From positions 44,991,847-45,055,846 of the forward strand of contig CP154954.1 of assembly GCA_039621445.1 (NCBI GenBank): DNA of 64,000 nucleotides. The letters are read 5' to 3'. Source of the stretch: Euglena gracilis. Taxonomy: Eukaryota. Shown here piece after piece: positions 11,667-23,600 of the stretch. How positions within the stretch are numbered: the first letter of the stretch is position 1; the number at the start of each line of letters is the position of its first letter. The notes under the pieces were generated by a model, which saw only the letters and a list, made by a program, of their open reading frames with translations, did no database searches and had not been told where the DNA came from. The position numbers and the translations under genes are program-made.

Positions 11667-14600
11667 ATGACTGCCGCGTGGGGCATTTTGCTGTGGTTCA
11701 TCTCCCACGCTGTGTGGGGCTCCGGCGCAGCGGACGGCGCTCCCGGTGCGATGCGCCGGGCCCTCCTCCGCGCGATGCGGCTGGGGGTGGCGGCCGGGGG
11801 CCCGGCGGCGGCCCCCCTCGTGACCCGGCCCGCCGTCGCCACAGACAGACAGACAGGTTGCAGCAGTGATTGTTGTCGCCTGGGTGGAGGAGGAGGAGGA
11901 GGAGGAGGTGGTGGTGGTGTCCTTGTCAGGCACAGACAGACAGAGCCCAACCCAGGCACACTGGCACACCCTGCTTTTCCATTCGGCCAACGGGAACAGG
12001 GCCTTTTTTTAAAAAAAAGGCATCCCCCCCATGGAAACTCTCCTCCCCGGGAAACTGTCCTCTGTCTGTTTGCACCCACCAAAGTCCTCACAGGGACGGC
12101 GAAAAGAGCCAATACCCCGCAGATATGGCCCAGGGGGGGGGAAATTATGCGGTCCGCATTATTCCGCATTATTCCGCATTTCCGCATTATTCCGCATTTT
12201 TCCGCATTTTTCCGCATATTTTCCGCATTTTTTTTTGTAAATTTTCCGCATTTTTCCGCATTTTTGCATTTTTTTTCTTTTTTCCGCATAATTTCCGCAT
12301 TATCCCGCATTTTCCGCATTTTTCCGCATAATTTCCACATTTTTCCGCATAATTTCCGCATTTTTTGTGAATTTTTTACGTTTCAGGTCAACTACAAGGT
12401 TCATTGTTTCCCCAATATGTTGGAGCACATGTGCTCGTCTTTTCATCTCTCTGTTTTATGCATAATTTGTGCTTTGTTTTTCCATTGCATTTTGGTGATT
12501 TTTGGCAAGCTTGGGCATCGGCGATGGGAATCAAATAGCATCGGGACCCTGCATATTGTGAGGTAGAAATATATCTGTCCTCTCCATGTGACCTGGGACT
12601 CCACAGAATTTCGGCATATTTTCCGCATTTTCCGCATTTTTCCGCATATTTTCCGCATTTTTTTTCTGCATAATTTCCGCATAATTTCCGCATTTTCCCG
12701 CATTTTTCCGCATAATTTCCGCATTTTTTCCCCGCCTGCCAGACCGCATAATTTCCCCCCCCTGTATGGCCACAAAATACCCAGAATGCAAAAATTGATG
12801 CAAAATGTGCAAGATTGTGAAGAAAAAGACTGTGTTCCTCCTTCCCCGGTGAGGAGACAATTTCCCGGGAGGGGAGTATGTCGTGTGTATCACGTAGGAT
12901 AACTGTGTCGGATGTGTGTGTGGGACAGGAATGTGTTCATGAAATCATATTGGGTCCGACACAGAATGGAGGCATATTGTCACATGTTCACTCCAACCTT
13001 CCAATGCGGATTGGAGCGGCGGCGGGCGCCAGCCGTGCCTCGACGACTGCCTCGCTATGCGCAGCTTCGCAGGGTGCCCCCCGCTGCCAGACGCCTGCCG
13101 GCGGTGCCTCGGCGTTTGTTACGAAGTGCCAGGCAGCAACGCCGCCTGTATCGCCCGCGGGTCGGTGGGCGGTGTGCAGTCCTCGTCAGGCTTTTGCTTA
13201 AGGGATTGCAGTACCCCCCCCGGGGGGGGGAGGGCTGGACTGCAGCTAGTCCAAATTTGGCTATTTGGCCAGTGGGATTTATAGCAGACCCCCACCGGGG
13301 GTCTGCTAGCAGGGCTAGCTAGTGGAAAGATTTTTTCCAGTGACCGGCGCAAAGCGCCGGAATTTTTTTGGGACCCCCAATAATGGCCAAAAATGCCCGT
13401 TTTTGGCCATTTTTGGGAATTTTTGGGACAAAATCAGCCAAAAACCTGTAAAAAGCCCTCATTTTTTCCAGTCCGGGGGACCCCCGGACCCCCCCCCCCC
13501 AGGGGGGAGGGGGGTCCAGCTAGTCCGCTTTTTCCAGTGTCTAGCCGATTGGCTAGCCACCCCCCCCCCGGGTCCTTAAGCAAAAGCCTGGTCCTCGTGC
13601 AGGGGAAAGGTGTCCCCCCCCCGCGGGGTCACTACCCCCCCCCCCCCCGGAAAACTGTCATGCCCGAGAACCTGTCAGGGTCCCCGGTACCGGCCAACCT
13701 GTCAGGGTCATTTTTCATTGACTTTCCCTTGAAATGCCCTACCCGGGAAACTGTCAGGGTCCCGCCCGGGAAATTGTCAGAGTCCCTGGTACCGGCCAAC
13801 CTGTCAGTATAGGAAGTTGTCAGGGTCCCCTGTACTGGCCAACCTGTCAGGTGACAGTTTCCCGGGGGGGGGGGGTAGGTATGTAAATCTGTGCTCACGG
13901 TGCGTGTGTGTGCGCTCCGGTGCACAGTGGTGAGCGGGGGTTCCACCGTTCCGCGGTGTCGACCTCTGCCTGGCGGCGCCGGGGCCGTGCACGCCCTACG
14001 TCCTGTGCCCCGGCGGCGGGGGGCTCTCAAACCCCGGGAGGCGGAGACCCTCCTCCAAGGGAAAGTATTGCTCTGGTTTTTGGGGGATATTTTCCTCATA
14101 ATTCATACAATTGTTGTAAATTTGGAGCCGTGTTGCATGTTCTTGGACAGTTTTTTGCATTTTTGTGACTTTTGCATTGTTCCTCTCGACTTTTGACCAT
14201 TTTTGCGCTTTTTTTTTAGAGCCCTCCGCTTTTGAAGTTGCTACGAACCATTTTCGCGAATTTGAATTTGTGGTGTTGATTTGACCTGTCACGTCCCTCG
14301 GGCTGGGGGGGGGGGTAGCTTTGGGGTCCGACCAACCAACAGTTTTCCCAGGCATTGGTTTTTTTGGTCAGAATTTTCTTTTGGCACCTTCGCCTCCGGA
14401 GGTTTTTTTCTTTGCGTGATGCCCCACTTGGAGAGCAGTTACGTTTATAGGACAATCGTACCCCCTTTGGGTCTGGCTTCTTTTTTTTTTTACTTGGAAG
14501 GCACCCCTTCTCCTTCCTCTGGGTGAGTCTTTGGGGGGGTGGAAAATTTTCCGTTTGTCTATCTATTGTCTATTGTTCACTCCCTTCCCACTGTTCTTAC

Positions 14601-17600
14601 CAGGCTTCCATGGCACAGGGTCGAAGTTTCCTCCAAATTGTTGAGTTGGTCATTTGGCCTTTGAGTCACCAGCATTTCCCGAAAGTACAAGAAATATTTT
14701 TTTGGTTTGGTACACAAACCCAGGAAAAAAACTGCAACAAATTTGGGGTTTTTGTGACGTTTCAGTGTGGTGTCCCCATTTTAAGCGCAGTTTTGTGTGT
14801 CGCCTGAATTAAATTTAATGCTTTCCCAAAGTTTCATTCAAAATGTACCCCACACATTTTATCGTCATTTTTAACCCACTCGCATTTTCACTCTGATTCA
14901 TTCCCCCAAGGGTGTGGATGCAACGACACACCCCACATTGCGAGGGCCAACTGACCAGTCAATCACCTCAAAAAGCAGCCGCACGCCAGGATTTTTTTTT
15001 TGCCGAGTCAAACATTTCCGATTTTGGCCTCCATTCCGCCAGCGTTCGGCCCAATTCCGGGCATCGCTACCCGGCCAGCCCTAACCCAAAGCCTGACACA
15101 TTTGCCCTCCCCATCCCCACCCTTCCGCCGATCGGTCCGAGAAACGCGCGTGCGAGCAAAGCCCCCCCCCTCAGGTTTGCACCAACCGGGACCCCCCACC
15201 CCTCCCCGTGGCGGTCGGTGATCGGCGCCGCTTGGCTCGGGCCGGGGGGGGGGGGCAGGGGCTGCCCCCCTATCCCTGCCCCCCCCCCTCCCATATCAGG
15301 TCCATTTTTGTTCCACCAATGGGGCATCCATCACACCATATGATGGTGCTTCGCGGTACGTTTCGCCAAACAGCAATTCAATTCCGAATTCCGAAAAATG
15401 ACATCGGCGTTGACACCCACCCAAAACCATACGGTTTGCGATTCGCATCCCGTTGCCACGGGGGGGGGGGGGGGGGGGCGGCCACCGCCGCCCGCCGCCG
15501 GGCTCCGCCGGGCGGCCGCCTGCCGCGTGGAGTGCGCCGCGGTGGGCGCCGGCGCCGCCGGGCCGGGTGGGCCATGGGCCGGCCCTCCAACCGGGGACGT
15601 GCGGCCAGGGCTCCCTGGGGGCGGGTTGGGGCTCCCCACAGCCAAAGGCTCCCTCAGGGGGGGGGGTTCCGGGCCACCAACGGGCTGTTCCCTGCCCCAG
15701 ACTCCCCTTCCCCGGGGATGAGGTTTAGTTTCTGGTGCGGCCTGTTTTGGGGCGGGGCGGCTGGACGGAAACGGATTTTGGCCGCGCCTTGGTGGACATC
15801 GGCCGAAAATGCCAGGTCAAACTTTGGTTGCATAGTTTGTTTATTTTTGGGTTTTTTTTCCGGATCAAGTTCGTCCTGGGGCAGCCCAGGTTCCAGCCGG
15901 GGACCCTTGATGAACCCCCCATGTGCTTCACCCACCCCACAGCACTCACCACCCCTATGCAAGCCCGCTTGCCAGGAAAGCGAAACGGTTGTGCCCTCCA
16001 TTGCATATGTCGCTCATCCCTCAAAGCGGGGCCGCACGCCAGCACAGAGGGCCCTGTGGCTGAGACGGGCAGCCTCAGGAGCCAGACCCTTCGCCCTGGA
16101 CGCCTGGCCAACCCTTGCCCACGCCAGCTGCTGGTTGCAACCCCTGTTGTGGATGACCATCACCTCACAACTGACTCACCTGTTCTCGCCCAGGGCGTTG
16201 CGTAAGAAAACTTGACCCCACCCCGCCAGCAGCCGTGGACCCCCCTCCCCCCCCAGCAACGAGGGCCCTTTATTTCTACCCGCCCTTTGGGCGACTGGAC
16301 GGTAACGGATTTTTCACATTCGGTGGTGCAAAAATGGTCCAGAAATTTGTCGGCAAATGGCTGTCCAGGACATTTTTTGGGGTCAAAACATCGGGAGTGT
16401 TTGATTGATCCGTCGGACTATCCCCCCGGAAGTCCCCCAGTCTGTCCACCTTCTCTGCCCCGTCTGTTCTTTTTGGCACAAATTTGTTCGGGTTCTCTGG
16501 CCATCCCACCCCCCCCCACTGTGGGCGGGGGCTTGGGGGGTTGAAGCCGGCACCGCCAGGGGGCCCTACCCCCCCCCCCCATGCCTGTCCTGCCAGGCCG
16601 GTGGTTGGCCCAGGCGAGCGCTGTCGGCCCGGCGCTGCCCCCACCCCCCGGGCCGTGCAGCGCGGGGGCCAGGCTTCCAGCCCACAGGCGCTGAGGGCGG
16701 CCCAGGCGGCACCGTGGGGCCGGACACCGCAGAGGCCCCCGCCCCCGGAGAACCCGGGCAGGGGGACCTGCGGGGGGGGGGGGGGGCGAGGTAGCGCCAG
16801 CCACCCCTCGCAGGGCAATGCCCGGTGGCCGTGGCAGTGTGGGCAGGAAGCTGGGTCGGGTTGAGACTCCGGACGGCGGAAGAAGGGCAGGGCGGGCAAT
16901 TTTCTCAGAGACCCAGAACCCCTCAGAAGGTGGGCCTCACAGAAGGCGGAACCTCACTCGAAGGTGGGCGGACGAATGGGAGGCGGCAGTGGGATGCGAC
17001 TCCATCTGGAGACCAAACCCCATCGCTGGTGCTCTGAGGCCGAGATGGAGCAGAGTCCCACCCTCTTTCTGGCTGGATTCTGCCTGGAGGGAACGGGAGA
17101 CACCCCTAGTAGTTCACCCTGAGTCAAATGGCGAAAAATTTTGGTGGGTTTTGCTTAGGAGGAAAATCATGTTTTCGAAAAGAATTGCCTTTGAAATCAC
17201 GGGGACGAGAAATATGCAACCATTGGAATGGTGGGGGAGAAGGGAACCTGTTGGCAATGAACAGGTGGGAAGGGGCGAGGTTCGGACCTAACGATCTGCA
17301 ACCGCATCTGCAGACATCCCTGTTCACGTCCAGAACGAACATCGATACGAACACAAAGAGCACAATCATCACAAGGAGGGAGAGCACCATGACCAGGCTT
17401 TTTCTTGTTGGATTTCAATCCCCCCGTCTCACTCAGGGAAACCTGCCTGGCGGACCGGGGGGCTTTCACTGGAGGTCATCAGAATTAGGATCACCCCCAA
17501 TCCTTTTAAAACGTGCTCCGTGCTGCCAGCGACTTTATTGAAAATGCATATTTTCAGATGCAGTGTGAAGTTGGGTATGCGTTGGGGAAAGATGAAGAGA

Positions 17601-20600
17601 GAAGAATTTTGTCGGCCCTGAACTACAGACCCCAGTAATGTGGTGACCATTCTCCCATGTAAGTGAGTCCCCAAAGGGTGCACAGTGCCCAAATATGTGT
17701 CACACTCTGAGCCTCCGAAAGTGATGTCCAAGAAAGTGCGCGCCCCCTGTAACGGCCGTTTTGAACTGAACCAATCCCAGGTTATGCCCTAACAAGTGCC
17801 TGAATGGGAATCCCCGAAACCCTGTGGATGGTGAGTGGGGGGTCCCCCCCCATCCTTGCGGGTTGGGGAGTCCTACCCCCCTCCCCTGCCGGGCCTTCCT
17901 GTGGGTGGTGGGTTGGGGCTAACCACCTCCCCCCCCCCCTCCTGGTTGTTGGCTCCGATCACCAGTCCTCACCGTGCACTGAAATGGGAGGGGGTAATGA
18001 GAGAAGTCCATTTTTTTTTAGGGCAAGCTGATGGAGGTATTGTCGGCTTGGTGTGTTCTCTTGTGTTTGAGTTAGATTGGGATTACGGTTAGGGCTTCAA
18101 TTGTAGTTGAGAAAGGGGCAGTGCCGTGGTTTTCCGAAGTTTGGAGGTTGGGCCGAATTTGGGCCTGAACGTCGGTGTCAGTCATTCCTAATTTTTGGCC
18201 AATTTGGGTTGGGCTAAACCTTCACACAAACTCTATTCCGCATCCGAACCCTGACCCTATCCCTGCACCTGGGGACCCGGGGGCGGCTTTGCCAACTACA
18301 GGAAGAGCGATACACAGGCTGCTTCTTCAGGCCAAGGCCTCCCTTCTGTGTGAGTTTATTTCACCCCAAACCCCAAACCTGGGAAGACAGGTTTAGTCCT
18401 CCCATATTCCAAAATACAATCACAAAGTATTCAATAATAAACGCATAGTGTGGTCATCTTGAACTTGCTGTGCTGCAAAAAGAAATGAGCCTGAACCTGA
18501 GCAGAAGCACAAGGAAGGAGAGTGCCATGAAGAGCACAAGCACAAGGAAGCAGGGTTCCATGAGGAGCACAAGAAGGGAGAGCATCATGACGGCCAGGCT
18601 GTTTTATTTTATATGTGCTAAGTTAAAACGTTAAACGAAGGTGAGGTGTATGGAATCAATCGGACTCTTTTGGTGAGAAGCAGGGGGGTTCTCCTATCAT
18701 CGTTTACCCCAGGGTTCGATATAAGGAGGGCATAAATGGTTAAGGTGGGGGGTGTCCCCCCCACCCCCCCCTCCTGGCCCGCAGGGGGGGGGGGGGTCCG
18801 GCCCCCCCCCCACCTGCCAGGGGGGTCCGGACCGACCCCAGGGGGGTACCTGGAACCCCCCCAAAAAGGTCATTTTTTTCCCCTCCGGTGCTTTGCGCCG
18901 GAGTTTTTTGGTAATTTTCTGCCATTGACCGGATGAAAAAACACTATGTGCTGCTTGCACTTTGATTTCGCTGGATGTCAAATTTTTGGCCTGGCGCTTC
19001 GCGGGCCGAAAATCGGTCACCCGGACCGCGCCACTGTTTAGGTGGGGGGGGTGTCCCCTCCACCCCGCCCCTCCTGGCCCGCAGGGGGGGGGTCTGGACC
19101 CCCACCTGTCCTTATATCGAACCCTGGTTTACCCCCATCTTTTTAACAGTTTCAGAATTTTTTTCCCCTTTTGCCTGTTTCATTTGCCGTTTCGTGCAAT
19201 TCTTGAGCTGCATTTTTAATTTGTTTGTGTGCATATTACCCCTTCCTGTTCACCCGAGGGGAGAGGCTGGCTTCTTTTCCAAGGCTTCTTTTCTTTCTTC
19301 TTGTCAAGACTTCTTTTTCTGCCCTCAGAAGGGACCCCATCCGGGGGGGGGGGGTGAGGGGGTGGATGTATCCGGGCTGCAGATGAGCATATGGTAGAGG
19401 CGTGGAGAGCCAAAAATTTTTGCCCTCAAACAGCCCGATTTTGGAGAGGGGGGCCCGTGCTGGGCTGGGTAGGGGGGACCCCCGCCTCCGCCCCCCAGGG
19501 GGCTTAAAAAGAGGCCTGGCTGGGGTCAAGTTGATGGGTTCAGGTGGGCGGTGCGCGGAGTTGCCTTCGGCCAGAAGTGCCGTAAGCCCGGGACCGGATC
19601 ATTTTCGGCCCATTTCTGGTTCCCGGGTGTGGGAATCCACCATCCGGCCACCCCGCCACCGCCTCCGGCCCCGAAACGGGGGCCCAGTTGCCCGGGTGGG
19701 GGCCCCAATCCTTCGTTCCCACTGCCGGTTCCTCCGGGGTTGGGGCAAGGGGCCTGAGCGGGAGGACCGGCACCGGGAAGGCTGCCACGAGGAGCACAAG
19801 GAGGAGGAGTGCCACCGTCACGGCAAGCACGAGGAGTGCGAAGGCGGGGAGCACCGCACGGAGCACAAGGAAGGGGAGTGCCATGCCGCCGACGAGCGCA
19901 AGGAGGGCGAGCACCACGAGGAGAGACGGCGCCGCGACATGCATCAGGGAGGCGAGTCGCAGCAGGGGGTGAAGGAAGGCCAGCGCCAGGACCACGGCGT
20001 CGCTTAAGCTGAAGTGGACCCCAGGGTTTGGGGGGGGGGTCCAGCCAGCAGGCAGCCTTTTTTTCCAGACCCAGAACACCCCCCGTCCTCATCGACGAGC
20101 AGCAAAATGAGCAATCGGTGAGCAATTTTTTGTATTTGGGGGTTCAGAAATGGCGGGGAAAACAAACGGGCAGAAATGGACGGAATTGGGCTGGTCAGGG
20201 CAAGTTTTGGGTGAAAAAATGGACCGTTTTTCAACATGGAAGTGGGACAGTGCTCCGGGGCGGCAAATATGGGTCACCACTCTGGCAGCAACAATGATTG
20301 CACTGGCACCCGCTGGAAGGCAGGAGGGAATAAGGCAAAACCATCTCTTTTTGCGGTGTTTTTTTTGCATTTTCGTTTTGTGTACCCAATTTAATCCCCG
20401 CTTGGGCCCAGTTCCAGCCCAGGACCCCTGCAGGGGTGGGGTCACCGAACAGCCTATCTCCAGCCTGCCCACATTCCCCTCAGCCACTGAGCTGTAAAGT
20501 GACGGCGTGGGCTGGACGAGAAGGGGAAGGAGGGAGCCCATCACGAAGACCACAAGGAAGGAGAGCGCCATGAAGAGCACAAGGAAGGAGAGCGCCATGA

Positions 20601-23600
20601 AGACCACAAGGAAGGAGAGCGCCACGAAGAGCACAAGGAAGGCGAGCGCCACGAAGAGCACAGGGAAGGAGAGCGCCACGAAGAGCACAGGGAAGGCGAG
20701 CGCCACGAAGAGCACAGGGCAGGCGAGCGCCACGAAGAGCACAAGGAAGGCGAGCGCCACGAAGAGCACAGGGAAGGCGAGCGCCACGAAGAGCACAAGG
20801 AAGGAGAGCGCCACGAAGAGCACAAGGAAGGCGAGCGCCACGAAGAGCACAGGGAAGGCGAGCGCCACGAAGAGCACAGGGAAGGCGAGCGCCACGAAGA
20901 GCACAAGGAAGGAGAGCGCCATGAAGACCACAAGGAAGGAGAGCGCCACGAAGAGCACAAGGAAGGAGAGCGCCACGAAGAGCACAAGGAAGGCGAGCGC
21001 CACGAAGAGCACAGGGAAGGAGAGTGCCACGAAGGGCACAAGGAAGGACAGCGCCACGAAGAGCACAAGGAAGGACAGCGCCACGAAGAGCACAGGGAAG
21101 GAGAGCGCCACGAAGGGCACAAGGAAGGACAGCGCCACGAAGAGCACAAGGAAGGCGAGCGCCACGAAGAGCACAGGGAAGGCGAGCGCCACGAAGAGCA
21201 CAGGGAAGGCGAGCGCCATGAAGAGCACAGGGAAGGCGAGCGCCACGAAGAGCACAGGGAAGGCGAGCGCCATGAAGACCACAAGGAAGGCGAGCGCCAC
21301 GAAGAGCACAGGGAAGGCGAGCGCCACGAAGAGCACAGGGAAGGCGAGCGCCACGAAGAGCACAGGGAAGGCGAGCGCCACGAAGAGCACAGGGAAGGCG
21401 AGCGCCATGAAGAGCACAAGGAAGGACAGCGCCACGAAGAGCACAGGGAAGGAGAGCGCCACGAAGGGCACAAGGAAGGAGAGCGCCATGAAGAGCACAA
21501 GGAAGGCGAGCATCATGATAGGCACGAGAATGGGCAGCACCATGAAGAACACAACTCCAAGAAAGGAGAGAATCATGAAAACCACAAGTACAAGGAAGGA
21601 AAGTATCATGACGACCAGGCTGTTTTCTTTTTCAAAAGCCAGGTTAGGGCGTGTTGATGCTTGACACGCCCCATTCCTGCCAGGAAAGGTTCTTCATGCT
21701 GGAGGTTTCTGTGTGGTCCCGAGATATATTACGTTTTCTTTGGCGCGTTTGTTTGAATGTGTCGTTGCAGTTTATTATTATGGTTTGCAGTGAGGTCCCA
21801 AAAAAGGGGGTTCCCATCATTCCTGTTGTTTTTTTTTAAAAAAAGAAAACACCACAGTATCAGAGTCAGGCTTCTTTTTAAGTCACCCGACCCCCCCCGG
21901 GGGGGAGGGGGGGGTGGGTGGGTGGGTCCGGGCCGGACCCCCCCCCGGGGGGGGGGGGGGTCCCGCGCCGGAGGCGCTGGGTATACCTTTTCGGCGCGAA
22001 GCGCCGAAAATTTCAGAAAATTGCCTTTAACGGGCCCGATTTTGGGGGGGGGTCCCCGGGGGGGTCCTGCGCCACCCTGGGTGGGTGGGGGGGACCCCCC
22101 CTCCACCCCCGGGGGTCTTAAAAAGAAGCCTGGTCAGAGTTTTGTTTCTTTTTTTTTTGTTTTTGTTTATGCCGTTTTGGGCTGCATTTTAAATTTTTTT
22201 TGCATGTGCATTATCTCCTCTTGTCAGCCAGTCAGCCAGCAGCCTTTTTTTCCCATCCTCGGACCCCTCTCCCCCCCTATCGGTAAGTTTATTTCTCAGC
22301 CGCCTTCAGAGCAGGTTGATAATGGATATTTGGCAAAATTGGGCCAAAAATAGGCAAAAAAATGGGCCCTGGCAGTTTTTGGGTCGCCTTTAACAATTTT
22401 TTTTCCACCACACAGACACAACTCCTGGGCAACAGGGCGTTGCTCAACGGAAAATCTGGGCTGGCTGGAGAACCGTCGCAGGGCTGAAACTAGGTCCGAG
22501 GCGAGTAACATCATTTTTGTCAATTATTGTATCGCAGCTGGTTTTTCTACTTTGCTGCTGAGCTCCCCCTTTTTCCGTGACAAGATTTTTTTTACATGCA
22601 CGTCTAGAAAACTTTCTTTTATCTGTTGCACCTTTTTGTCGTCGTTTCACAACGATTTTTTTTTTGGTTTTGCATTCATTGGTTGATTAGCGTTTGTTTT
22701 GGTGTGTTTGTGTTTTGGGCGCCTGTGGGGCCCATTCCTTCCCTCTATGATTTACCCTCCGGGTCTGGGTCGGGGGTTTTCAGCCGGAGGGGACCCTACC
22801 CCCCGGGGGGGTCCAGCCAGCCAGCACCTCCCAGCCGGGCTGCAGACCCCCTCCCGCCAGGGGTCCGCTGGAATAAAGCTCGTGCCAGCCCCGCTTCGCC
22901 GGGCTGGACCGAAAAAATTTTTCTTGAAGAGAGGGTCGAAAATGGCCAATGATGGCGGTTTTGGGCGGTTTTGGGGGTTTTACCTCAAACCTGTGGTTGA
23001 AAGAGCCAGCTGGATTTGGGCTTTTGGGGCTTTTTTGGGTACCCGCCTGGTCCAGCTCCCAGTCCGGGCGGACCCCCCTCCCCTGGACCCCCCCCTGGGG
23101 GGCGGGGGGTCCAGCCAGCACCTTTTCCCAGCCGGCCCGCGGGACCCCCCCCCCCGGAGGGTCTTTAAGAAAACCCCTGCTCTGGGTGCCGGGGACCAGA
23201 GCCTGAGCAGGAAGGCGACCAATGCAAGGAGCGCAAGGAAGGAGAACGCCGCCATGAGTGCCGGAGCGAGGAGGGCAGGGAGGCCCGTGCGGCCCACAGG
23301 GAAGGCCCCGACGGTCGTTGTGGTCAGAGCTTTGTTTCAGAGGAGTGGCGTCGTTCACAGGTTCACATGCCAGTGGGTCATCATTGTCGGCCCGATCCAT
23401 TGCATTTCAGTTTGGTTTCATGTTTCACGTATGACCCCGAGGGCAGTGTCACACCTTGCCCTCTTCAAGGGCAAGGTTCGAACGGAAGGGTGCCCCACGG
23501 AGCCGGCACAAGGACGCTCCTCCCAGGCGCGTGGAAATGGCATTTGCCAAACTGAGTAATGCGGTTGAGGGGTTTGTTCTCAATTGAGACATCCAATGTG

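Noticed and set aside
12074-12127. Apparent exon of gene B bounded by TCTGTCTG-N5 and N3-CAG
   Set aside because: It lies inside the TIRs of a larger element (~12038-12878) and has no counterpart in gene A. Not supportable without RNA data.
20089-21664. Long ORFs of 506, 385 and 319 aa (LFVALAF, KSTRKASAT and CSSWRSPSL repeats)
   Set aside because: Alternative frames or antisense of the 27-bp coding repeat. The splice-compatible frame encodes HEEHKEGER.
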